This document shows, piece by piece, positions 7,216 to 15,149 of a DNA stretch of 28,925 nt (the first letter of the stretch is position 1; every line of letters begins with the position of its first letter). The position numbers were made by a program, and so were the translations under genes. The notes beneath the pieces were generated by a model. The model worked only from the letters and a program-made list of their open reading frames with translations. It searched no databases and was not told the DNA's origin. Origin of the DNA: a virus (taxonomy: Duplodnaviria; Caudoviricetes). The stretch is from IMG/VR virus record IMGVR_UViG_3300028587_000031, positions 1 to 28,925 of that record, one strand, 5' to 3'.

Positions 7216-9917
7216 GGAATCCCCCACTTGTTGCAGAGATACGTCTCGAGTTGTGCGAGCTCAGCGTCGCTGATCGCGGTAGAGCAAATCACGCTTTCGC
7301 AGAGGTAGCCGGTGTACGCACGTCCCCCCAGCCCGTCCGCGCCGACACCTATCGCCGTGCCGGTCCAGGGACTCGGGAATATGTAAACGTCGCTGCCGGT
7401 CATGTTCTCGCCGTGCGCGTTCCGTAGCCGTGCGCGTGCGGTCGTGTCGCGCACAAGGAACGACCACATTTGCGCCTCCGCGGACGCGGGGATACGACCA
7501 AGGTCGATTACCGCCGTTTGACTGTTGTGCCCCGGCGTGTTGTACGACTGGAACGTGCGGGCGTCGTCGGTGTACGGCAGGTAGCCCGCAAAGCCGGTGA
7601 CAGAGCCGATGGCGTACGCCGTGACCGTCTGCGGTGCCCATACCTGCACCACCGTGAAACCGTGAGGCGACACGACAGAGAGGCCGGTGACCGCCATCGT
7701 TTTCGCGCCGCCTGCTGCGACACACTGCAACGCGTTACGTCCGTTCACGGTGCCGCCCGTCGACGGTTGCGCGCTACCGGTGCCTTGCGTCAGGTGGCGT
7801 CCGTTGCCGCTCTTGTCGTTCCATTGCGACACAAGCCCACCGCTCGCCGTGATCGTCGCCGTGTCACTCGCGTCCCACCAGCCCGCCAAGCCTGGCAAGC
7901 GTGTCGGTGACCACGCCGCGTCGACGCCCCACTTCGCTCGTGCGTACGCGAGGAACGCCGGGAACTGTCCTGACTGGTCGCCCGCACAAAACGAAATCTC
8001 TGCCAGGTCGAACGCACCGTTAACACCGTTGCCGCCGTCCTGTCCGATCTTCGGGGTCCCGAACCCGTCGGTGCCAGGGTTCAACGCTGTCGCGAGCACC
8101 GAGTCGATTTGGGCTTTCGATGCTGCACCGTTGAACACGGTCATCAGACAGAACGGGCCGCTAGGAACCGACAGCGGTGCGGCGATCGGTCCCGCGTTCG
8201 AGTACATCGCAACGCTGCCCGCGCTCGCGTCCAGCAGTGAACGTGCGCCACTCGACGAGTCGAAGATACGTGCGTTCCCTGAGAGATGATCGACCACGAC
8301 AAACGCGGTGAACGGCTGCGTGAACCCGGCGTAACCGTTCGCGACGCCGTCCATCGCCTGCACGGGCGAACCTGTCGAGTCGAACCACAACGCGTTCTTG
8401 CCACCGATGGTGTGCACGCCTGTTTTCGGTCCGTTGGGTGATGCGGTGAGCGCGAGGAACTTGCCGCTCCCCGCACGGTCGTTCCATTGGGTGACGGTCC
8501 CTCCGACCGCGGTGATGCTCGGCGCGTGGGATGCGTCGTACCACGCCGACAGGCCCGGCAGGCTCGCCGGAGTCCAGGGCGGCGTCCCCCATTTCGTTTG
8601 CAGGTACGTGAGGAGATTCCACCATTGCGGGTCGAGTGTGATGTCACCCGAGTAGAGGCCGACGAACCCGCAGTGCCCGCCGATGTTGTAGTCCTGCGCG
8701 CCCGTGTACGAAGCCAACGTCAGCGCAGTCATGCCGGTCGTGCTCGGGTTCAACGGGTACGTGCTCGTACCGTCAAGGACACCGCGAGAGTTCGCACCGT
8801 TGTAGACGCTCACCAGGACATGCGGTGAGCCGTTGGAAGCCCCGAAGTACGTGCTTGCTCCCGCGTACATCGACCATTGCGTCGCTTGTCGGCTCGTCCC
8901 CGGCGCCTGGTTGCCGTCGGCCGCGGAACGACCCGAGACTGCTACCGAGGCGACGGTCGCGACCGTGCCCACGTACACGAACGACAGGGGTTGCGCCCGC
9001 ACAATCGCGCCGGTCTGCATGTGGTCACCCGCATCGACGAACGACAACGCGGGCGCGTTGTTGAGCACTCCATCCGCCGCGATGTACGCCGGTTGATTCG
9101 GCCCGGTCGCTTGCAGCAGGTTGCGGGCGTTGCCGCTCCTGTCAGACCATTGCGAGACAAGCCCGCCCGCCTGTGTGATCGACCCTGCGTCCGACGCGTC
9201 GAACTGTGCGAGCCATGTCATCTTGCCGGGCGACCATGCTCCCCACTTCGTGTCCGCGTACGCCCACCATGAAGCAAGGTCCGCGGGTGACATCTCCCCG
9301 AGTGCCATGAGGAACGCGCCCATGCGACCGGCGCAGTTCAAGGACTGGTCCCCGGTGTATCCGCCGAGCATGAGGTTTCCGCCCCATGAGCCCCCGCCGT
9401 CCGCGGTGCGGGATACGAACACGCCGTCGCGGTAGATGCTCTGTGTGTTGTCGGCGTGGAGGATGAACGCGAGTGCGTGGTACGCGCTGTCGGCGGACGG
9501 ACCGCCCGGTGACGCGCCGGCGTTGACCTCGAACCGTGGTGCGCCCTGACAGGCGAGGTCGCGTCCCCATCCGTCGATGTGTGCCCAGCGGGGTTTCGCC
9601 GTGTTCCCCATGCCTTCGACGGCGGCGAGGATCGTGAACGGTCGCGGGAGGCGCCCGTCACCGCCTCCGAGCGCACTGCCGCGCATGACGGAATCGGTCG
9701 CGCCGCGGAACTGGACTGCGGGTCCTCCACCGATCGTGCTGGGGTACGGGACCGCGCCGTAACCCGGTGGTGTCAGGTTGCCGCCCGGCGAACCGGGCAT
9801 CGGGAGCCAGACGCCGCCGCCTCCGGTCGTGAAACTCTCGCCCTCGTACCAGGCGACCAGACCGGCGATCGCCGCCGGTGACCACGGCGGATGTTGTGTT
9901 GCGACCGCGCCGCGCAT
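7212..9917 (-). CDS. Tail/receptor-binding protein made of four tandem LamG/ConA-like domains
   Basis: Four units of about 220 aa, each starting W(S/T)P..L.GL.AW(Y/W/F)DAS..IT..GG.VSQW.D.SGN (unit 1 divergent) and ending KWG. Confidence 0.75.
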   Translation of the reverse strand: MRGAVATQHPPWSPAAIAGLVAWYEGESFTTGGGGVWLPMPGSPGGNLTPPGYGAVPYPSTIGGGPAVQFRGATDSVMRGSALGGGDGRLPRPFTILAAVEGMGNTAKPRWAHIDGWGRDLACQGAPRFEVNAGASPGGPSADSAYHALAFILHADNTQSIYRDGVFVSRTADGGGSWGGNLMLGGYTGDQSLNCAGRMGAFLMALGEMSPADLASWWAYADTKWGAWSPGKMTWLAQFDASDAGSITQAGGLVSQWSDRSGNARNLLQATGPNQPAYIAADGVLNNAPALSFVDAGDHMQTGAIVRAQPLSFVYVGTVATVASVAVSGRSAADGNQAPGTSRQATQWSMYAGASTYFGASNGSPHVLVSVYNGANSRGVLDGTSTYPLNPSTTGMTALTLASYTGAQDYNIGGHCGFVGLYSGDITLDPQWWNLLTYLQTKWGTPPWTPASLPGLSAWYDASHAPSITAVGGTVTQWNDRAGSGKFLALTASPNGPKTGVHTIGGKNALWFDSTGSPVQAMDGVANGYAGFTQPFTAFVVVDHLSGNARIFDSSSGARSLLDASAGSVAMYSNAGPIAAPLSVPSGPFCLMTVFNGAASKAQIDSVLATALNPGTDGFGTPKIGQDGGNGVNGAFDLAEISFCAGDQSGQFPAFLAYARAKWGVDAAWSPTRLPGLAGWWDASDTATITASGGLVSQWNDKSGNGRHLTQGTGSAQPSTGGTVNGRNALQCVAAGGAKTMAVTGLSVVSPHGFTVVQVWAPQTVTAYAIGSVTGFAGYLPYTDDARTFQSYNTPGHNSQTAVIDLGRIPASAEAQMWSFLVRDTTARARLRNAHGENMTGSDVYIFPSPWTGTAIGVGADGLGGRAYTGYLCESVICSTAISDAELAQLETYLCNKWGIP

Positions 9918-10408
9918 CAGGTCGCAGCCAGGTCACCCGCGAGCGCCCACGTATTCGCCGCGATCTTCTGCAAGTAGAGCCGCGAATACTGAGCTCGAGC
10001 CTTCGCCGTTGGCGTCGTCCGCAACGTCGCACCCGCACCCGCGACGACAGTGATCTGCCCGGTCCCGAGCTGCAAGAGCTCGCACCATTTCCCGATCGCG
10101 AACGTCACCGCAGAATCCTGCGGGACCGTGACCGTGACGGCGGCTGCGCTCGTGAACGTCGCGAGGACACCAGGGTCACTCGACGCGATCGTGTACGCCG
10201 CGCCGGCCTGTGTCGTGATCGCCTGCCCGGTCGCGTACGTCGCGTCCGCACCCGCCGCGCCAGTCGCGCCCGTCGACCCGGTCGCACCCGTCGCGCCGGT
10301 CGGACCGGTCGGTCCGGTCGATCCTGGTGGGCCTGCCGGTCCTGGTCCGCCCGTGATGACGTTGATGTCGATGGGCGGCGGATCAGGGAACACGTTGATG
10401 GTCGTCAT
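9917..10408 (-). CDS. Collagen-like minor tail protein
   Basis: (G-X-Y)n run GPGPAGPPGSTGPTGPTGATGATGSTGATGAAGAD; C-terminal domain ending W.L.GDL. Confidence 0.8.
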   Translation of the reverse strand: MTTINVFPDPPPIDINVITGGPGPAGPPGSTGPTGPTGATGATGSTGATGAAGADATYATGQAITTQAGAAYTIASSDPGVLATFTSAAAVTVTVPQDSAVTFAIGKWCELLQLGTGQITVVAGAGATLRTTPTAKARAQYSRLYLQKIAANTWALAGDLAAT

Positions 10409-10755
10409 GGCCGTGTGACCTCAAGCGTGACGTTCGCCGCCCCGGCGATGAACGTGGTGACCGACCCGGCAGGGTCAGTGCCCTGCAAATCCCACACCGC
10501 GGATTTCACGTCGATGTTCTCCGACTGGGTGTGCGGCAACACGACCTCGACGATCCCGGCGGTCGGGTTCGTGATCGTGCAGGTGAACGAGGCGAGAGGA
10601 GCGCCGCCACCGTCGTCGTCGGCGGAGACTTTGCGGACCTGCGCGGCGAACGACCAGCCCGTCAAGTTGACCGGCGAGCCTGCGATCGAGAACACGACGT
10701 TGAACCGGGTGTCGTCGCCTTGGTAGATGGCAAGGTCGACCTTCCCTGGCGGCAT
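10405..10755 (-). CDS. Small tail/baseplate-associated Ig-like protein
   Basis: DLAIYQGDD, P.NLTG....AQVR, WDLQ.T and F.AG...V..EVTR pattern typical of phage tail-region proteins. Confidence 0.65.
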   Translation of the reverse strand: MPPGKVDLAIYQGDDTRFNVVFSIAGSPVNLTGWSFAAQVRKVSADDDGGGAPLASFTCTITNPTAGIVEVVLPHTQSENIDVKSAVWDLQGTDPAGSVTTFIAGAANVTLEVTRP

Positions 10756-10780
10756 CCCGACAGTGTGTCAGGTCCGCAGG

Positions 10781-10796
10781 TGATAGGTGGCTATCA
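10781..10796. promoter_or_regulatory. Palindrome copy 6 (TGATAGGTGGCTATCA)
   Basis: Supplies the stop of the Rpf-like gene; overlaps the expected -35 position of a CACACT -10 (10762-10767). Confidence 0.85.
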
Positions 10797-11363
10797 CCGG
10801 GTCGCCGCCCACGGGGCCAGCCCGCCACGGTCGTAGAGAATCTGGACGCACGCCCGCTGGCCCTCGATCGTGTACGGGTTGATCCCGGCACACACGCCGC
10901 TGCCCGAGTAGTGCGACAGGAGCGTCTGCGCGCACCCGTACGCACCGGACGGGTTGTACGCCGACGGGTTGCCGCCCGACTCGCGTTGGATGATGTAGTC
11001 GGGGATCACGAACCCGGTGCACTCACCGACAGTCGAGAGCGGCGACGGAGTCGGACTCAGACGGGCAGGGGTCAGAGAGGCGACCCGTCGCCGCTCGGCT
11101 TCCAGTCTTGCAGCTTCCGCCTCCGCCGCCACACGTTCCGCTTCGACACGTTCGGCCTCGAGACGCGCAGCTTCGTAGCGTGCGAGCTCGTCCCAAAACG
11201 CGACGATCATCGCCTGTCCGTACGCGTTCGCGTCCGCGGTGAGAACGGACACCGGGTCCGTTGTCGGCGACGCGACCTTCGCTGCGTGAGCAGTCGAAGT
11301 CGTCGCGAGAAAAGTGACGCAACAAAGCATCGCAGCAATGACGCGTGGGGTACGTTTCGACAT
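10794..11363 (-). CDS. Secreted Rpf-like lytic transglycosylase
   Basis: Signal peptide ending AHA, coiled-coil linker, IIQRESGGN (catalytic Glu), SGAYG.AQ, EGQ...LY..GG.APW; GGAGGA RBS before ATG 11363. Confidence 0.75.
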   Translation of the reverse strand: MSKRTPRVIAAMLCCVTFLATTSTAHAAKVASPTTDPVSVLTADANAYGQAMIVAFWDELARYEAARLEAERVEAERVAAEAEAARLEAERRRVASLTPARLSPTPSPLSTVGECTGFVIPDYIIQRESGGNPSAYNPSGAYGCAQTLLSHYSGSGVCAGINPYTIEGQRACVQILYDRGGLAPWAATR

Positions 11364-11397
11364 GTGTCCGTCCTCCGGCAAAGTGGTCTGGACATGC

Positions 11398-11431
11398 GAC
11401 GACGCCGTACCTATCTAGGTGCGGCGTCGTC
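11398..11431. terminator. Long hairpin between the holin and Rpf-like genes
   Basis: GACGACGCCGTACCTA-TC-TAGGTGCGGCGTCGTC, one G/T position; no U-tract. Confidence 0.5.
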
Positions 11432-11474
11432 CGCGACCCTAGCGGTGGGATCGGCCAGCCGACCAGGCCGGGGT

Positions 11475-11490
11475 GGATAGACGGCTATCA
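11475..11490. promoter_or_regulatory. Palindrome copy 7 (GGATAGACGGCTATCA)
   Basis: Supplies the holin stop. Confidence 0.8.
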
Positions 11491-11706
11491 GTGACCCCCA
11501 CCGAGCGCGCGTCCGATCACGAACCCGGCGAGCGCGCTCACCAGTGTTCCGAGACTTGACGCTGCGACACCGACCTCGCTGCCCGGTTCGAGGACAGCGA
11601 TGATCGCCGTCGCGACGATTGCGGTCAGGATGCAGAAGCAGATCGCGACCGTCAAGATGAGCAGCACCACCTCGCCCACGGGTCGCCGCCCGCGGGCGTC
11701 ATTCAC
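11488..11706 (-). CDS. Putative holin (2 TM, 72 aa)
   Basis: Two hydrophobic helices; GTGA-coupled directly after the endolysin. Confidence 0.6.
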   Translation of the reverse strand: MNDARGRRPVGEVVLLILTVAICFCILTAIVATAIIAVLEPGSEVGVAASSLGTLVSALAGFVIGRALGGGH

Positions 11707-12524
11707 TCCTGGTAGCCGTGCGCCTGGCGGAGCTTCTGCATGTTCATCCCGACGACGTACGCGCCGAGCGGCGACGTGAAGTACGCCAACGCGCCCTGCT
11801 GAATCCACGACGACGCGACACCACCGAACCCGAACGCGCCAGACGGCTCGTTGAGCCGTGCACATTCGACACCGCTCACCGTGTCGTAGAGCACGGTGAG
11901 CACCTGACCGGCATCGGGCCGACCGTCCTCGATGACACTGCCAATCACGTACAGCACGCTGTCTCCGTTCCGTTGCTTCGTCGGGTCAGGTTGCGTCGTC
12001 CCACCAATGATCGCAGCCCACTCCCCGTTGGTCAGCCCGTCGTAACGGTCACGGTCGAGGTCGTGGTGGTTCACCCAGCCACGCCACCCGCCCGCGCCGT
12101 ACCGAGGACCGTCGTACATCACCGGAGCGATGCCCCACTCGGCGCAGAAGTCGACGATGCGCTGCCCCCACACGATCTGATTGTCGGTCAACGGTTCGGC
12201 GTTCGCGAGGCCGTCATCGTTGTAGCCGCCCGTCACCCTGCGCTCGAACTCGATGCCCGGTCCCCGCTGGTTCGCGTCAGGCATCGACGACGACCCGCCG
12301 GCATGCCATGTCGCGGCGTTGATCGGCGCGTACTGCGTGCACCCGTTCTCCCGACCGGCGTCCTGGTGGACAAGCCAGTGGAAGTAGCCACGACGACCGA
12401 TGCCACGCGAGTCGGCACCGACCGTGAAGTGCGACACCGCGAGCTCGAGCCGGTTCCAACCGCCTTGATAGTTCGCGCACGCTCCGTAGTCGCGCCACGC
12501 TCCGGGGAGCCACACGTCAGGCAT
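11703..12524 (-). CDS. Endolysin, N-acetylmuramoyl-L-alanine amidase (Amidase_2-like)
   Basis: VSHFTVG, HWLV, TWHAG, GIEFE, LT.NQ and NHHD zinc-amidase pattern. Confidence 0.75.
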   Translation of the reverse strand: MPDVWLPGAWRDYGACANYQGGWNRLELAVSHFTVGADSRGIGRRGYFHWLVHQDAGRENGCTQYAPINAATWHAGGSSSMPDANQRGPGIEFERRVTGGYNDDGLANAEPLTDNQIVWGQRIVDFCAEWGIAPVMYDGPRYGAGGWRGWVNHHDLDRDRYDGLTNGEWAAIIGGTTQPDPTKQRNGDSVLYVIGSVIEDGRPDAGQVLTVLYDTVSGVECARLNEPSGAFGFGGVASSWIQQGALAYFTSPLGAYVVGMNMQKLRQAHGYQE

Positions 12525-12525
12525 G

Positions 12526-13140
12526 TCAGACCGGTCCTACGTCCTCGACGATCATCGTCTGGAAATCGGTATACAGCCCGACTGCGCTGCCGAGATAGTT
12601 GTTGGCACGCAGCTTCAACGAGATGGCCGCACCCGTCGAGTTCATCACATGGAACACCGTCAACGTCTGCTGGTTCACGAAGCTCGCATTGTCGAGCATC
12701 CACGATGACCGTTGCGCAAAGATCGTGTTCGCACTGTCCGTGATGTAGAGCGTGAACGCCGTCGCCGGTGTCCCCGAGTTGATGTGTGTCTGCAAGCTGC
12801 CCGTGATCTTGATTTTGCGGTTCGCTACCGGCGTGAACGTGAACGCCATACTCGGCAGGTCGATCGTCGACGCCGGAGGAATCTGCACACCCGTCGCGCT
12901 GGTGATGTAGCCGCCGGACGGAATGCCCATCGCGTTCGGCGCCTTCCACGCACCCGCGACGAACACCCACATGAGCCCCGGCTGGTCGACGAGATACGAC
13001 ACCGCCCCCGTCGGTGGTGCCGTCCACTGCGCCGTCCGCTCCGCCGCGTTCGCGAACACCTGCACGCTGCGGTCACGGACCTCGTTGCCCCACGACGACA
13101 GGATCGGGGTGTTGCCAACAACATTGCTGGTCAAGCCCAT
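12526..13140 (-). CDS. Minor tail protein
   Basis: I.SSWGN.VRD..V..FA.AAER......P..G..SY..D pattern of actinophage tail proteins; ends IVEDVGP. Confidence 0.7.
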   Translation of the reverse strand: MGLTSNVVGNTPILSSWGNEVRDRSVQVFANAAERTAQWTAPPTGAVSYLVDQPGLMWVFVAGAWKAPNAMGIPSGGYITSATGVQIPPASTIDLPSMAFTFTPVANRKIKITGSLQTHINSGTPATAFTLYITDSANTIFAQRSSWMLDNASFVNQQTLTVFHVMNSTGAAISLKLRANNYLGSAVGLYTDFQTMIVEDVGPV

Positions 13141-13141
13141 G

Positions 13142-15133
13142 TCAGTAGCCCCACAGTCCTTCGTCCCAATCGACCGCACCCCACGCTGCGGGCGTGAACA
13201 CGTGCCCGGCGTCGAACGTGCGGAAGTTTACGGTCCATGCACTAGGCGTCACTGTCTCCGTGATCCCCTCGATTTGCAACTCGGCGACGATCTGGAACCC
13301 GACCGCCCGCCGCTTCACTTCGATCAGGTGCAGGAGGTCGAGGCCGATGATCGTGTCGATGTGTGCCGGGTCGGCGTTCGCCACGTCGATCCCGAGCTGC
13401 TCGATCCGGTTCGTGGCGTACGAGTACAGCCCCAGGTACTCGTCGGCGATCACGAGACTCTCCGCGTCGGTCGTGTGCAACAGGTCGGTGCGCTGGTACG
13501 ACTTCTTGCCGTACAACGACACCGAGGTCAGGTCCGTGCGAGTGATCGGACTGCCGCCCTGACGGGTGATCGTCACGATGTTGCGGGTCTTCGCGTTGTC
13601 ACTCGCCGGCTGGATCGCCGAGTAGCAAATCTCGCCTGCCGCCTCGACCGGTGGCACCACGTTGAGCCACTTGTACGCCAGGTAGTCCTCGACCGCCTCG
13701 ATGTCCGCCGTGCTCAACGCGCCCGCGTAGACGAGGACCTCGGCGACATGGCCGTTCCAGTACAGCGACGGTGTGCGCGACGACCCGACCGTGATGCCAC
13801 CCGCGCTGAATGACTGAGCGCCCGCGTTCCCTGCGACCTGCGCGCCATCGACCCGGAGACGTGACGACGCGCCGTTGAACACCGCTGCGAACACGTGCGG
13901 GTTGAGGTCCGCGGTACCGCCGATAAGCGACGTGCCGCCGAACGCTTCCCATGATCCTGTCGAGTTGCGTTGCAGGATCGGTCCGCCTGGTGTGCCGCTC
14001 GTCCCCCGGTCGATGACGAGCTGGTTGCCCGCCACGTCTGTCTCGGCGACGACGAAGTAGGTGAGTGGCTGCGCGAGCGTCCACGCCGACGACTTGAGGA
14101 AGTCGTTGCTGCCGTCGAAGTCGATGACGTTGCGACCGTTGAGTGTGCGTGTCCCCGTCTTGGGTTGGTTCGTCGACGTGGCCTGCACCAGATGACGACC
14201 GTTGCCGCTCACGTCATTCCATTGCGACACTGCCGTCGCGCTACTCGCGATCGACGCGGCGTCGTCGGCGTTGTATCGCGCTGCGAGTCCCGCGATCGTC
14301 GGCAACGTCGGGACCTCGGGGAGTGCGGTGATGCCTTCCTCGCCGAACTTGGCTTGCACGACCGTGTACCTGCCGTCCGCGACGAGTCCGTTGCGGTCAC
14401 GGAACTGCAACACACCGAGCCCGTCGGCCCACAACGCGCCGCGTTCGGTGTCGGTCGTCAACCCGGCTTCGTCGAGCGCGTTCTTGTCGAGGTCCGTCGC
14501 GATGCACGCGACGCTGCCGACATCGAAGTTGCGTGTCCCCGTGTAACCGGCGTTGTCGGCGATGCGGTGGAGTCGCGCACCGGTCAGCTCGTCCGCGCCC
14601 GCTGGGGTCTGTGGCACACCGTCGTAGGCGGCGAGCGTCGCGAGCGCATCGTTCGCACGGAACGTCACGATGTGCGGGTTCGCCGGGTCGGGTGACACCT
14701 GCGCCCAGTTGTCGATGATCTGGTCGACGACACCGAAGAACCGCGGGTACTTGCCGGTCGCGGTGACTATCTCGGTGCGGAGCGTGATACCAGGCCGGAT
14801 GGCACCGTCATCGACCGCGGGGGTCGCAGTGTCGAGCCACGGCGAGTATTTGCCTTCGGGGTCGTAGAGCTTCACCGTGCACGTCCCGGTCCGGAACCGG
14901 TCGAGTGGCTGGTCACGACCTGCCGTGTACGTGACCTCCATGACGTTCGCGCTCACGTCGTCGTCGACGGGGGCGCCGCCTTCCCATATGCCGCCACCGG
15001 CGACATCCCACTTCGCTTCATCCCATCTCGAGATGCCCGCGTCGAACGGGTAGTACCCGAGCACGACACGCACCGAGCAGTCGGTGCGGGGACCGAGCCC
15101 GCCCTGGTTCGGCGTGAAGAAGATCGTCGTCAC
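13142..15133 (-). CDS. Minor tail (tip/hub) protein with an inserted LamG-like domain
   Basis: First gene after the tape measure; GR.Q.LDRF.TG.CT..L.DP.G.YSP and G.R..RIAD.AG motifs; LamG-like insert at about 13660-14310. Confidence 0.75.
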   Translation of the reverse strand: MTTIFFTPNQGGLGPRTDCSVRVVLGYYPFDAGISRWDEAKWDVAGGGIWEGGAPVDDDVSANVMEVTYTAGRDQPLDRFRTGTCTVKLYDPEGKYSPWLDTATPAVDDGAIRPGITLRTEIVTATGKYPRFFGVVDQIIDNWAQVSPDPANPHIVTFRANDALATLAAYDGVPQTPAGADELTGARLHRIADNAGYTGTRNFDVGSVACIATDLDKNALDEAGLTTDTERGALWADGLGVLQFRDRNGLVADGRYTVVQAKFGEEGITALPEVPTLPTIAGLAARYNADDAASIASSATAVSQWNDVSGNGRHLVQATSTNQPKTGTRTLNGRNVIDFDGSNDFLKSSAWTLAQPLTYFVVAETDVAGNQLVIDRGTSGTPGGPILQRNSTGSWEAFGGTSLIGGTADLNPHVFAAVFNGASSRLRVDGAQVAGNAGAQSFSAGGITVGSSRTPSLYWNGHVAEVLVYAGALSTADIEAVEDYLAYKWLNVVPPVEAAGEICYSAIQPASDNAKTRNIVTITRQGGSPITRTDLTSVSLYGKKSYQRTDLLHTTDAESLVIADEYLGLYSYATNRIEQLGIDVANADPAHIDTIIGLDLLHLIEVKRRAVGFQIVAELQIEGITETVTPSAWTVNFRTFDAGHVFTPAAWGAVDWDEGLWGY

Positions 15134-15149
15134 TGATAGCCGTCTATCA
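15134..15149. promoter_or_regulatory. Palindrome copy 8 (TGATAGCCGTCTATCA)
   Basis: Spans exactly from the tape-measure stop to the next GTG start. Confidence 0.88.

Noticed and set aside
7212-14310. Diversity-generating retroelement acting on the tail repeats
   Set aside because: No reverse transcriptase, and no near-identical TR/VR pair with adenine-specific differences; the repeats are diverged protein domains.
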